DNA of 64,000 bases from Octopus vulgaris (lineage: Eukaryota), in NCBI GenBank assembly GCA_951406725.2, contig OX597820.1, forward strand, positions 84,940,001 to 85,004,000, read 5' to 3'. This document shows, one piece after another, positions 25,635 through 39,335 of the stretch. A program made the position numbers and the translations under genes. The notes beneath the pieces were generated by a model, which worked only from the letters and a program-made list of their open reading frames with translations, did no database searches and had not been told where the DNA came from. Positions within the stretch are counted from its first letter, which is position 1, and every line of letters starts with the position of its first letter.

Positions 25635-28600
25635 GAATGTTTACATTCTTTGTGAAAATTCCGACAAGGCCAACTTTCGTTTTCCTCTATACGGAATCGA
25701 TAACATAAAGTGCAAATCTAGCACTGGGATTAATTGTATCAAAAAAACAATATCTCTCAAATCTACACACTTCGTTCCTAAATTAGAAATCATTATTTTT
25801 TTCTTAGTCTGAGAAGTGGCAGATCTGATGGAATTTTGTCCAAAATTCCTAATGGTATTTCTCCCTGCTCTCTAAGTTTTGTATTGAAATATCACCGAGA
25901 TCAACTTTGAATTTTATTCTTGGAGCACCGACAAAATAACGATCAGTCAAATACTATAAGTGATCTCATCGACTACACATGTGATTAAATTGCTGATCTC
26001 TAGGCTAAAATTTTAAATTATTAAAAGAGGTGATGTGATAGAACCATTAGCAGATCGATCAAAATTAAGGCTGCAGTATCTTAAAAATATGTGTTTTAAC
26101 CTTTCACGAATTCCTCCTAAAATATACCTCTCTATACCATTGTTTCTAAGTATTTGATGAAATCCGGCTGCTCAGGAAAGACATTAAAAGGCGTCCTCAA
26201 TTTTTTTCTGTTTCTTGTTTTTAGATATTGAACGAAATCCAAGTTGTAAATCATAACATAAGGTGAATGAATTTAAACAAAAATTGAAATAACTTTAACG
26301 TAAAGTATTTACAGACTGCGGCGAAAATATAGTCTAAAACTGCATGAAGGTGAAGAATTAGCTACATAAATATCACAAAATTTTAGTTATTCATGATTCT
26401 AATATTGGATAAACATACAGACATGTGTGCCATTTTTTCTCTGTGCATTATGTATTACCCCATACGTATGCATGACTAAACATTCACGCCACTATGATGC
26501 TTATATTACGAATTCGCCATTAAACACTTGTCAGATTATATCTATTGGTAATTCGATTAATTTTTGGCCATAAGATTCAGGAGCATTAAATATGGTATAA
26601 TAATGGCGATATTTTTTCCTATAATTAATGCAGGAATAAATCAACTATATTCTCTCTCTAAAAGTTTTGCGGATATATTAATTCATTCTGCACCCTGTTT
26701 ATTGTCTTGCAAAAGAAAAGTAATATATCTAAGCCTAACATATATGCCAAAATTATGCTTCGTTTAATGTAAAATATATAGCCATCTAATAAAATAAGAA
26801 CAACAGAAATCTATTTAATGTTTATAACACACCTACTTGAGGACAGAATAAATTTCGTATTTAGAAAATATATTTACATTACCTTCAATCGTAGACGCCG
26901 TAATGCTTTCACGGTTTGACTAAAACAGAATAATAAATTACTCTTGCTCTTTCCATTAGATGTAAGGTCTATTGAAAACCAATTATAACCACCATATATA
27001 ATTTTGATAACATCAAAATGGTGACTATGGTATTCGTCGTTTATTTTATCGCAAAAAGTAAATGTCATTTGGATTATAATCCTTATTTCAATAAGAAACG
27101 GTGGTGTGTCTACTGTGATGTTAAATTACTGGTTCATGAGTTAACTTTAAATATATCACCCCACTCCTCATATACAATCCTATGATTTTAAATTAATTCC
27201 TTCTGATGTAAGGAATTCACCATCCGATCTTTTCGTAGATTCTGCTCTGTAATATATTTGGATACTTTCCACACATTTGTCTGAAATAGACATTATCTTT
27301 CTAATATTCTTACGTATAGACAAAAATCAATAAAACTATGCTTAGTAGATTTCTGAAAGTGAACTGAATCTCTTCTATTACATATTGACCACATTTCAAT
27401 TTTATCCATAATATCTAAATTCATGTCATGTGTGGATTTCAATAAACATTTAAATGATGCGGACGTCTATACACCGAGAAACTTCTAAACTTCTTGATTG
27501 CCTTTATAATTGCTGTCGACATTTCCCGGAAAAAAAGAAAAAGCGGTGTAATCGTAAAACTAATAACATTCGTGACTGCAATATAGCCAGTAGCACTTTG
27601 AATAGAGAATTATATCATATTTATAACATGATGCTCAAGATTACGGCTCTTAAATCCACCCTCTCCAAGATACACTTTGATATATCAAGTTCATGAAGTG
27701 CAATAAAATCAGTTATGATATCAGCGGTTTTAAATCAATCACTGGCGATATTTAAACCCGTTTATTGGAAATGAATATATAGTGAATTATCTGTCTAGTG
27801 TGACAGCCTTGTTAATGCATTTTAAGTCAACATTCTACTATATATTCACATCTCTATTTATTTGTGTGTGTGTGTCCTTAAATTTATCTCTCTTTCTAAA
27901 ACATCGGTAGATGTCTCGATTTGAGTGTCTCCAATATTTCCTACATATTTCAGTAAATATATTTTGTACCTCTCATTACATTCCGAGGCATTATACATTT
28001 TAATTATATATTTATATTTTTAAGTCTGGTGGGTTATTTCAAAGACATCACGGAATAAAAACTTTCCTGTCCAATGTGCTTTCTATAAAAATGTTTCCTA
28101 AGGGATCAAGTAAGCACATCTCCACAAACTTGTGCTGATGTGCATTCAAAGATGGACACCTCATTCTCAAACATGGAAATAATTTACATGTAATAGTATA
28201 TTCTTGATTAATATAACTTACCATTGTAAATATTATAAGAGTTGTGTTCTGTGAGAGTTTGTTTATATGTTGAGTTGAATTTCTACCCATTTTTAGAATA
28301 TTCATTTGTTATTTGCTGATGCCTCATTCTGAAGACTTTGCACACTGAACTTGAAGTATTTCAAATTACTGCACTTCAGTTTCTTTTAATTATATGCATT
28401 GAATTTAAAACAATATAACTTATATGAAGATATTGAAGAAAGACTTACCTCAAAATGCAGTTTATTAAATGCCCTTTACTTAAATATGGAGTGAGTTTCA
28501 TGAAGACGCTAAACAAATTTGTTAGATTTGCATTTGAGAGAGCACACTGATGTGGCAGCCTTGAGTGTGAAAACACAAATAGTTCAGACAGCAGCCATAT

Positions 28601-30399
28601 CTCTTTAAAAGGCCTTTTATAGAGATATGTCTCATTAGAAAACCATGTTCTACATAACACTGTAAAAGCAGAATAGCCAGGGCTGGAATGCCTTTGACTT
28701 TGTATCGTTTTCATTCAAGGTTGATATGGGGTTAAACGATATTAACAGCAACGACGATGACCGAAACATAACGTTAAAGAATCTGAGTGATTGTCACTCT
28801 TGACTCTAATGAATAAGACGTATGCTAGTCGATATTTCTCTCTTAAAATTCTTGTGCATATAAAGTATGTTGAATATTCGTTGTAAAACACTACTAACAA
28901 ATCTTATTGCAAATAATTGTCTTCCAACTGAAGTATCTTTTGTGTTACGTTTTAAGTGGCTTACGTCCTATTGTTTCTTAACATTTTCCCAATAATTGGC
29001 AAGCTTTCATACTTTCGCGAAGTCTAGGCTAATGTATTCATTAAAGATGTCAGAGATGTATGAAAGTTAGACAGAAACTTTTGAAGCCGTGCGAAAACGT
29101 GGAATCTGGGGAAGAATTAGAATCCGAAATTAGAGTTAAAAGAGCTCAGATATGAAGCTTAATGTGGACAAAAGTTATGGAAGATAGAAAGAATCAATGA
29201 ACAGTTAGAAATTTAGAAATGTACTAGATGCAGGATTTTACGAAAATGAGGTGATAGAGATTTATAACGTAAAGGAGAACTGGAAGTTCTTTCGGACAAG
29301 CTATTGAAGGCATGAAAGGTTTTGTAGCAATGGATGAATGACTGTATCAAACTAGGTGACAGGTCAATCCAGCAATGTGTTTTACGGTGCAGGACCGCAT
29401 TGTGAAGTGTATATAGAAAGAAATATTTATATTTGTGTTGGAGAGAGCTTTGTATGTTTGGATAACGATGCATTTAGTGAATATGAAAATAAAAAAGTAT
29501 TCAAGAGCTACTTCAAAATGCTGCTAAATATGGAAAGTGAAAGAGTATTTTTAATGTGGTCCCAAGAAAACAACTATTTATCCTAGCCGATGGCACTATG
29601 ATAGATAAGCATTTACATATATATCGTTATGATTAAATATCTGGCGGAATTTGATACAGCCTAATTCCATGGATAAGTAATCTGGATATACAGCAAACCA
29701 TCATACCCTACGAATAGTGTAGTAACATTATATTCAAATGCTAGAAGATTAAAGTAAATGTCTTAGACATAAGTAATTAGAGAAACATCAATCTGCCATA
29801 TTAGATCATGAAAATTGCAGAAAGGGTTACAGCTTAACTAATCCGGAAGAGAGCTTCGACTTGTTGCCATTTGATTTTATGCAAGAGAGAAGTACTATTT
29901 TTGTCCTAGTACAGTAACCGCAGGAGAAATATTTAGCCAAAGTTAAACTGTCGTACATGACATTTTTCGACGTGGAAAAAAACCCCTGTTACACGGTCGT
30001 TTCTCACTCATGTTTTATTGCTGCCGGAACTAGTGGTAGATGGATAAATGGTGATTGCAATCTAAGCCACATACTGAGATGAGTATAGCAACCAATTAAT
30101 GTGGTGGTACGAATTCATCAGAGCTCTGTTGTAGGTCTTCTCTTATGTATTTGTTGTGGCGGGAGTTACGAGAAGCGACTTGCAGAACGACCATAAATGA
30201 TAGTGGTCTGAGAGAGTGATAGAACTAGAGAGAGTAGACGTTAATCACAAGAAGTAGTTTCGGTAGTTTGTCGGAATATTGTTTCTTAGTTTGTGTGTAA
30301 TTCGCGGAGAGTTTGTTGGATTGCTACGTTGTTGTTACCTGCTTCGTTATATGTTTTCTTGTTATACTACACGGTTATAGTGTAAAACAGTATAGTCGT

Positions 30400-31865
30400 A
30401 CAGTTGTTTGATACAGCAATGCTGACGACGAGGATTCGCAGCTCATGCAGGTCAGATAATAAATATTTGTGATGCAAATATTGATAATGGAAGACCAATT
30501 AACTTCTATAATTCTATTGCAAAAGCAACACCAACAAAAATAATAATGGTTAACATGTCCGGAAACACTATAAAGTTCGGTTTCGCCTAACACCGTATCG
30601 GACTTTTTAATAGTATTCAGTTATAACCCAAAGGATATAACGTTTACACCTACTTTAGAAGTTCCGAAGAAATCTTCATGGAGAATTGCAAGTCGTGGAT
30701 GGACGACGAAAAAGTAAGACTGTTATTATGATTACGTAAATTAGCTCTCTGTCAGAACATGAAAAATATTGTAATTTTATACCACCCCAAAACACTAGTA
30801 AATTTTTATCGGAAACAGTTGAATTGCTATCTAAAGATTCAGTGATAAGTGTTCCCTATTTAACACTCGATGGTAGTGTTGAAATCTAGTTAAAACAGGA
30901 AATGGACGTTTTTCATGTATGCCGGGACCGTGAAATAATGTGCAAAAGGTTTAAACTGAAGTAACTAAGACCTGATTTGTTTAAGTAACTAAGACCTGAT
31001 TTGTTTTGTGCAAGGGCTGACGGAAAACAAAGGTGCAGAGAACGTGCAAGAATTCTCACAAAATTTGAACAAGCAGACTAGAGTTTAACCCTGCAGACAG
31101 TTGCAGAGGAGTGTCAAAAATGATAAACTTGCGACAGCACATTAAAAAATTGAAGTGATGGATTTCTCATAAGTACAGGCATGTCGACTGGGAAGGAATA
31201 AATAAGAAACTGTCAATACCAAACCCATGCTACAGATGTGAAGGCTCACATTTCAAGATGGGCTGACTTTTCAAAACGCAGAAATGTTACAATTGCCAAA
31301 AGATAGGATACAAGAGCTCACATTGCAGAGCAAAGTTAAAAAGGTCGAGGATACAAAATTCTGAAGTTTTCCCAACAGAAAGTAGAAACGACACCAACAA
31401 GAGTAAATTTATGCATGTAAAAGTAAACGAAGTGAATATTAAATTACAACTAGTTACTGGTAGAGACATTTCGATTCTTGAGAGTGACTCGTGAAAAGAA
31501 CTGGAAAACCTAAGTTAGGAAAACCATCGAAAATTGCACGAGGCGTTACTGGTAAGAAGCTATACTTCGTAGGCAAAAAGTGTAGAGATATTATATTTCG
31601 TAATAAAACCAGTAGATCAAAAGCTTTCGTGTTCAAACTGCAAGCAATCTATCGGTACTGATTGGATGGAGTTTTTAACTTATGGGACTTCGCCATAAGT
31701 CAGTGCTGTAAAAAACTAAATGGCTCTCCCATCTGTAAATGTAAATCTTCAGTTGAATTGAAGAAAAAAATTTAAAAACTTGTTCACTGAAGTGCTGTCG
31801 GATAAATTATGTCTCTGTAATAAGACTGAGGCGTGTTTCCAAATACATGTTAATGTCGTACCTTT
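30400..31865 (+). mobile_element. Ty3/Gypsy LTR retrotransposon gag-protease remnant
   Basis: Zinc knuckles PCYRCEGSH (31225) and CYNCQKIGYKSSHC (31285-31326). Protease-like KLQLVTGRDISIL (cf. LDTGSDISI) at 31441, then GTDWM and FTEVLSDKLCLCNKTEA. Many stops and frameshifts; no LTR pair found. Confidence 0.75.
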
Positions 31866-31979
31866 GACATTTGCTGGTAAGGAAGTTACTTCAAGCAAGG
31901 GAGAGGCAACGCCTCCCATGTGTTGTTTTGTGTTCTCTCTGATAATTCTCCTCAATGACTGGAATTACGAGCATTAGTA

Positions 31980-32300
31980 TTCAGAGACATTCATTGCACG
32001 CAAGGTCTTCTCATCCCAGTTGTCTTGGGAGATACCTGACTACTTCATATGTCTCTTCAGCACATCTCTCTATAACAACCTCTGGCCACCACATCGCTTT
32101 AGCATAGAAAACTGCCTTTCGGGGCCTGTCACATTGCATCCTGAAAATATGTCCCGCTCAGCGCAGCTGCAATGATGTAATGAGGACCTCCACATTAGGT
32201 GCGCTAGCGCGCCGATGCCACCATCTCATAGGCAAGATAGAGAGCAGAGGACGATGTTGGGCACGCACAAGTGCTTTGATGTGTCTTAGTAGAGGGCCTT
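31980..32300 (-). mobile_element. RTE-like LINE fragment
   Basis: Homologous to 4670-5060. Translates LQLR*AGHIFRMQCDRP and GGQRLL*RDVLKRHMK. Confidence 0.65.
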
Positions 32301-32502
32301 GAATTTCGCTACGTGGAGAAAGCAAGGATTCACTGCGGGTCTAAATGCCACTTTTTGTGTGTTGCAGGCAATGTCACGGCTCTTCCAAAGACGCTTCTTG
32401 AGAGAGCCATACGACTTTTCGATAGACTATAATACCTACTTGTATTCCATGATGTATCAAATGTATATGTTGATGCGCTATGATGCGTACAAACACACGC
32501 GC

Positions 32503-32540
<38 letters not shown>

Positions 32541-32564
32541 ACGCACAAACATGCACACACACAT

Positions 32565-32626
<62 letters not shown>

Positions 32627-32664
32627 CACATCCTTTATTTTCTCCCCTTGTTTCTCTCTGTGTT

Positions 32665-32702
32665 TCTTTCTGTGGAAGAGCGTAGGCTCGAAACTTTAAA
32701 GA
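32665..32702 (+). ncRNA. Decayed hammerhead motif in a ~170 bp insert between (TA)n tracts
   Basis: TCTTT CTGTGGA A GAGC gtag GCTC GAAA CT TT AAAGA. Helix I TCTTT/AAAGA and helix II GAGC/GCTC intact; A6 and helix III mutated. Confidence 0.6.
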
Positions 32703-32794
32703 CTTTTTCACTTCCCGAGCGTTTTACTAATACGCCTGATTGTTGTCTACACCAACTGTCTTCATCTTTTTTTGTGTGAATTCCATCCCAGCTC

Positions 32795-32841
<47 letters not shown>

Positions 32842-34214
32842 CTTTAATATATACATTTACATGTTAGTTTAACCTGCACATAAATCAGTGTAATGAAGTA
32901 ATGCGCTTTTTGACTATTTATTTCGTTTGGATTTTATCAAAGGAGTAAAAAGAACACTTTGAAAACCATAGAAAATATCCTAGCATAAAATAGCCACCTA
33001 CGTATATAAATGAATTCTCATTTATAATTTTGTTGCAAAAGCTTTATTTCCACATGTGAGATTGTGTGCAAAAGAATATGATGTTTCTTTTAATAGAAAT
33101 TTTACATTAACTAAATTCCATGTTGTATTTTATTAATATCAGTTTTGTTATATATCTTCATTTAGCTAATCTTTTAAATGGAAGCATAACTCAAATTTAT
33201 TTATTTAGGACTACATTTATTAAATCCTGTGGGATCTTTGCCTGAATTTATGTTCGCAATTTACTTCTTTCTTGAAGTATAAGTATCGCATAGAACATTG
33301 TTGAAAATTCAATAACTATTATCTGCCAAAATGCATTTTCATTCAGCATGTGACACTTCTATCGTTCTAAGCTGTAGTTTTTGAATTTCAATTTGAATAG
33401 CTGTTAATGATTTATTTATTTATTGTGGATTTATTTTAGATAAAATTATAAACTTTGCTCGTATTTCTTTTTAATGTATGCATTGAATCCGGAATTAATG
33501 AAGGATATTTTTAAAATTTTGTTAGTTTATATATTATTTTGAAAAATACAATTAATACGTCAAATATTTAAAATTGATATAGGCACTTATATGGATTATG
33601 GACATTACTAAGGTATGCCGTTTTATAATTGTTATCCATTCTCCTGCAAAATAGGTTCTACTTTGTACTAGAGTTTGTTCGTCGTAGATGTTTCGAGTTT
33701 ACATTTCATTAGATAATAATCGTGACTTTGATTCACTTGGTGAGGTTGCAAACTAAACGATTGCATTAGGTAAAAAATGTTTCCGAAATAATTTAAAAAA
33801 GCATTTTGGAGTAAAATGTGAGAGTGTCAATAATTCATAGAGTACTTTCCCCATAAACTGATGCCTCTACAATGAACTATGAATGGAAACAGAACAGATG
33901 ATTGTTTGGTATACAGGTGTATTTGATTGCATGCGTATGTATATATATATATATATACGAAAATACATACACACGCAAGCACACAAAATGTGACCGCGTG
34001 TGTACCGTTGGCGAATTTTTCCCTCCGTCTTCCCTTCTTTCGATCTTTCCTTTTCCTATGTTTCTGACGAAGAGCTCTCTTTAATACAAGACTTCTTTGA
34101 AAAAGATATTGAAAAGTGGTCTGACTGTGATGAGATCCTGGTTAGTTTACTCAAAGTGCAATCTCTTTTCTAAATACCAAATATCACTTCACAAGGGAGG
34201 GGGGCTCTGATTGG

Positions 34215-35400
34215 TTGAATATAATCAGAACTCTAGAAAATCATGAAAACAGCATGGGAAATAACAGGGAGATGTTGAGCTGGCTAACACGAAGGACAAA
34301 TAAAACCATTGTGGATCAACAATTTGTGGAAGCGTTGAGAAAAAACATGCAATACTATTTTGAAGTACTAAAAAGAGTTGTAGCAGTTATAAAGTTTTTA
34401 AGTAAAAGAGGTTTAGCATTTAGAGGTCATGAGGAAAAGTGGGGCTCCCCAGATAATAGAAATTTCATGGGGGCCATTCAGCCTATTGCGGAGTTTGACC
34501 AATGTTTACATGAACATTTAGAGAGAAAAAAAATGAAAAAGTAAATATTACTTACCTCTCCAAGTCTGTGAATTAAGAATTAATAGAAATCATGGGAAAA
34601 CACATGAAAGATGAAGTGATGAATCAGTTCTACAACCTAGACATCAAATACTACTCAATTATTGTTGCCGCTACACCTGAAATGACACATGTTGACCAGC
34701 TGGTAATTGTGGTTCGATACTGTCATAGTGGAAAATCGTGTGAGATATTTTTAGCATTTTGTCAATAGAAAAACCTTCATCCATAAACTTGTTCAGCAAA
34801 ATAACAATTTCCGTGGTCAGTCGTGCGATGATGCTTCCAACATGAAGGACTCTGAGAAAGGGCTGCAAGCACTTCTTTAAAATATTAACACGTATGCAGA
34901 CTATGTACTATGTGCAAGCCATTCACTCAACGTTGTTTGGTAAAAAGCAGTGTCTTCTGTACCTGCAGTTGTTGACTATTTTGGCATATTGCAGCAGCTG
35001 TATGTTTTCTTGAATCTCTTCGAAGATGGGAGATTTTGAACACACAGTGAACCTTTTCACTAGATGGTTTGCAGACTATGAAACAGTCCAGGCAAATAAA
35101 AATAGATATAGGGATACTTTACAAACTTACAAACTTATGTTTGAAGATTCAGAAGAGGAGTCTGAATGTAAGCGAGATGCAAAGAATTTATACCTCAAGT
35201 TGGTAATTTTGGAAAATGATGTTTTAACAGTCGTTTGGGAAGAAGTTATGGAGCGTTTTGACAAAACAAGTAAGAAGCTCCAAACCTCTGGTTCTGATAT
35301 ATTTGAAGGTTTGAAGGTTCAGATATATTTGTTAAGGAACTACGAGAAAATTCAGCCAACAGGATTGCACACTATGAATCAGTAGCAGAAGACACGTGTG
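34215..35400 (+). mobile_element. hAT transposase pseudogene (DUF4371/ZMYM1-like)
   Basis: IKFLSKRGLAFRGHEE..DNRNF..AEFD..LHEHL, YYSIIVAATPEMTHVDQLVIVVRY, GQSCDDASNM, YVLCASHSLN. Frameshifted. Confidence 0.85.
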
Positions 35401-36176
35401 CTACGCATTAATGTTGAACCTCGAACAGCTTCGTTGCAAAGAAAAGTCTCCAACTACAGAAAATCTTCGTCAAGACATCGATAGATTCACCTCTATATCT
35501 GTATCACTATAATGTTTAATTTTCATTAACTGTATGTTTCGAATTTTACAAGGAAATAACTTCTTAAATAATATCTTGGATTCTTAATAATTCTTTAATT
35601 TATTAATAATTTGGATATTTAATTCGACAAATATTCTGAGTTAACTCTGCACCTGTTCCATTTGCTTTATTTATTTCTATATTTTCATATAGCAAAAACG
35701 CCCAGAAGGTTGTTTCTGAAACGACTACGTTCCTATATATTTATTCATTCTTTCAATTCTATGACTATCAGGCACATGGAAATTAAGGAGTAATCATCAT
35801 ATACTATATCATCATATGTAGTTGTCTTCTTTGTCTCAAATGCAAGATACGATCAGCAATATCGTAATACACAGAATAGGATTGTCCCTAATTGTCACTG
35901 AACATTTCCTTTATATTCACAACTGAATGTAGATATATCTATGTTTTAGGGATATATACATTTCAGATGTCTGTTCTTACTATACAGTGAACTCCCTAGT
36001 TTTCATGTTATTCGTTGACTTAAGTCAAGCAAGGCAGTGATAATGAGTGCACATCAACCAGCAAAATGTAACATGCACACATTGACAAAAAACACACATA
36101 TGTAGACACACATGGATATAAATACATATATGTATATGTAAATATATACATATATATATATATATATACGTACATA

Positions 36177-36234
<58 letters not shown>

Positions 36235-36283
36235 TATGTGTGTCTATACATGTGTACTTCAATACATATATATATTCAGTAAT

Positions 36284-36331
<48 letters not shown>

Positions 36332-36364
36332 TCACATACTTATTGTGTATGTGCGGGTCTATGT

Positions 36365-36411
<47 letters not shown>

Positions 36412-37987
36412 CGTGTCTGTGTCTCTGTGTGTGTGCATTATATATATCCTAATTTGCAAGAATGAATTTTCTCCATTCTGGCGATCAGAGAATATAAAAA
36501 AGTATAATATTGATAATATAATGATTTCGATCCATCATCGAATATATTATATATATATCCATCCTGAATTTGAAGTCTAGTGCCTAGGTCAGATATCAAT
36601 ACATGTATTTTTCGATATTTCCTTTAACGCTGTTATAAAAGTTAATGATAAATTAAATGAAATATAAAAATAAAACCCGTTTTTATTGACATGCTTTGCA
36701 TTACGATTTTTACTTTTAACTGTTTAATATTCTAAGAAACAATTGCTTGCATTGATTCGTCTCAATGCATTATTGTTATAATTTCATTTCTTTAGATTGC
36801 CTTTCCGTTCTTTGTGTTTCACTTAAATTTACTTAATTTGCCTGAAGCCATACCATGCCGTTCTGACATTATTCCAATGACAAGGGATTGATTCTGACGT
36901 CTATTCATCTTTGTAATGATTCTCTTGAATTAATGATTCTGAACTTGCTTCTCTTTTGTAGTCCAAGAATTATGGGTTTAAAAGCAAATCTACTTGGAAA
37001 AGTGTCAAGTATTTCTCTATAATTCGGTTCTCTCTCTTCAATCCTTCTGTATCTGCATCTCTTTTCTTTTACATGTCAGTTTCTCTCTGTTCCACCCCAT
37101 CTCTTTTTCTCTTTTGTTCTCTCTTTCATTCTTTCAAACTCTCCCTTTCTCCCCCTCATTTTCTTCTGTTTTCTCTTTCGCTTTCTGAAACACTCACAAA
37201 CTCTGTCTCTTACTCTTTCTATTTCTATATCTCTCATTTTCAGATATCTATAATTCTGATTAATATTCTTCTGTGCAAGTATTGAACATTTTCCTGACGT
37301 TTAATTTGAAGAAAATTCCTATATATAATGATTACTGACGCAGCGCCACAAATTTATCCCTATTTTATCGAGGCTGTAGAGATGAAGAACTGATATTATC
37401 TCAGCGAAATTCGAGTGAAGAATCAATTACAACGTTTCGGTTGGCTCATTAATGGTTTCACTTCCCACCAGTCCCTGTTCTATTCAACGAAAAATATTGA
37501 TTCTATTGCATAGCACAAAGCCACAGAGATCGGTGTCATTAGATGGCCAATTATTATATATTTTAACACTGGCACAAAGGGTCACATTATTGGTGAAGTT
37601 ATAGTAGTTTAACTCATCCTTTGAATTTAAATAGTGTACGATATCGCTATATGAAACTCGTGGATATGCATAGTAACGTTGGATTAGCTACTCTGAATTT
37701 AGAATGTAATGGTGATTAGCTTCACTAGCTGAATTCTACCACTGATTTCGTCCAAGAGATACATGGATTGTGGTGTTCACTATGATATAGTTATCACTCA
37801 TGTATGAGGAGAATGCAAAACGGAATAAAATGATATAACTCTATCGTCATAAATATTATATATGCTATATAACTGTATGCAACATCCTTTTATGTATATA
37901 ATTATGAGTGTCTTCTCTCTCACTCACGCTCTTTCTGACTCTCTCTTCCACCCTCTCTATCGATATGTGTGTATGTATGTGTGTGTT

Positions 37988-38045
<58 letters not shown>

Positions 38046-38211
38046 TGCGTGTGTGGGTATGTGTGTGGGTGTACACATATACATGCATATATTTTGTCGT
38101 TGATATTTTTTAGCTTCTCTTGTAAATTGTTAGAGCGTACTTTTTAACAAAATCACTTTACCAAATGTCACTCAGGTCTTTTTGTACACACGCACAGTAT
38201 CTTGGAATATT

Positions 38212-38613
38212 CTGTTCTCTTCTACTCTAGGCACAAAGCCCGAAATTTCTGGGGAGGAGACCAGTCGATCAGATCGCCCCTACTACGCAACTGGTACTTA
38301 ATTTATCGACCCCAAAAGGATGAAAGGCAAAGTCGACCTCGGCAGAATTTGAAATCAGATCGTAAAGACAGATAAAATACCTATTTCTTTGCTACCCATA
38401 AGGGGCTAAAAACATAGAGGACAAAAAAGGACAGACAAACAGATTAAGTCTATTACATCGACCCCAGTGCGTAACTGCTACTTAATTTATCGACCCCGAA
38501 AGGATGAAAGCAAAGTCGACCTCGGCGGAATTTGAACTCAGAACGCAGCGGCGGACGAAATACCGCAAAGCATTTCGACTGGCATGCTAACGTTTCTGCT
38601 AGCTCGCCGACTT
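38212..38613 (-). mobile_element. SINE family B, internally duplicated, with 16 bp TSD
   Basis: Flanked by agtatcttggaatatt (38196-38211, 38614-38629). Central block cttaatttatcgacccc.aaaggatgaaag.caaagtcgacctcggc.gaatttgaa occurs twice. Confidence 0.9.
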
Positions 38614-38959
38614 AGTATCTTGGAATATTGTTAAGCCAATGTGTCCTTTGATCTCTGATTGTGATATGATAGTAATTTAAGTTGCTACTTGCAGTTGATT
38701 GAAGGACCCTTACATACAGAGCCGTTTCCCTCGCATGTACACATTTCTGTTCTAGGATTAAGATTTAGTGTAGAATCCCACGATGTTTGGAAATACCACA
38801 CATGTAAAAGCGTTGATGATTCGATTCCAATAATTTAAAGGCTTTATCCTCCAAACTAGAACTTAGAATGTGGGGATATAATGTGAAACTAAATTGTAAA
38901 ACTGAAAACATAACAATAATATCGGTATTACTGCTTCACTATAATAATCGTAATGGTAA

Positions 38960-39335
38960 TATTAGTTTGAAATTTTGATTTGATGCTAGCGACTTCGGAA
39001 GGAGCGGGATATGTGGACTACATCGACTCCGGTGCCCAACTCTTAATACATTATCGGCCCAGAAGCATGAAATACGTGAAGTCGGAAGAAATGGTGTTAT
39101 GCATTTATTCCAGCATGGTAACGATACTTTTAGCTCACTGACCTATAGTAATATTACGGAGCAGAGATAAATCCATTACATCAAAAACAGTGCTCTACTG
39201 GTACTCATGTTATCGACTCTCGGGTGGTGAAATTGGAGTCGACGTCGGCGGAATTTTAACTCGGAACGTAAAGACGGATAACATTCCTCTTAATGTTTTC
39301 CCTACGTGGTAACAATCCTCCTAGCTCTCTGCCCT
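38960..39335 (-). mobile_element. Two decayed SINE family B copies
   Basis: gtcgacgtcggcggaattttaactcggaacg and actacatcgactccggtg match family B. Confidence 0.55.

Noticed and set aside
26500-29600. Possible ancient LINE RT remnants
   Set aside because: Looks coding-like in places, but I could not recover a diagnostic motif.
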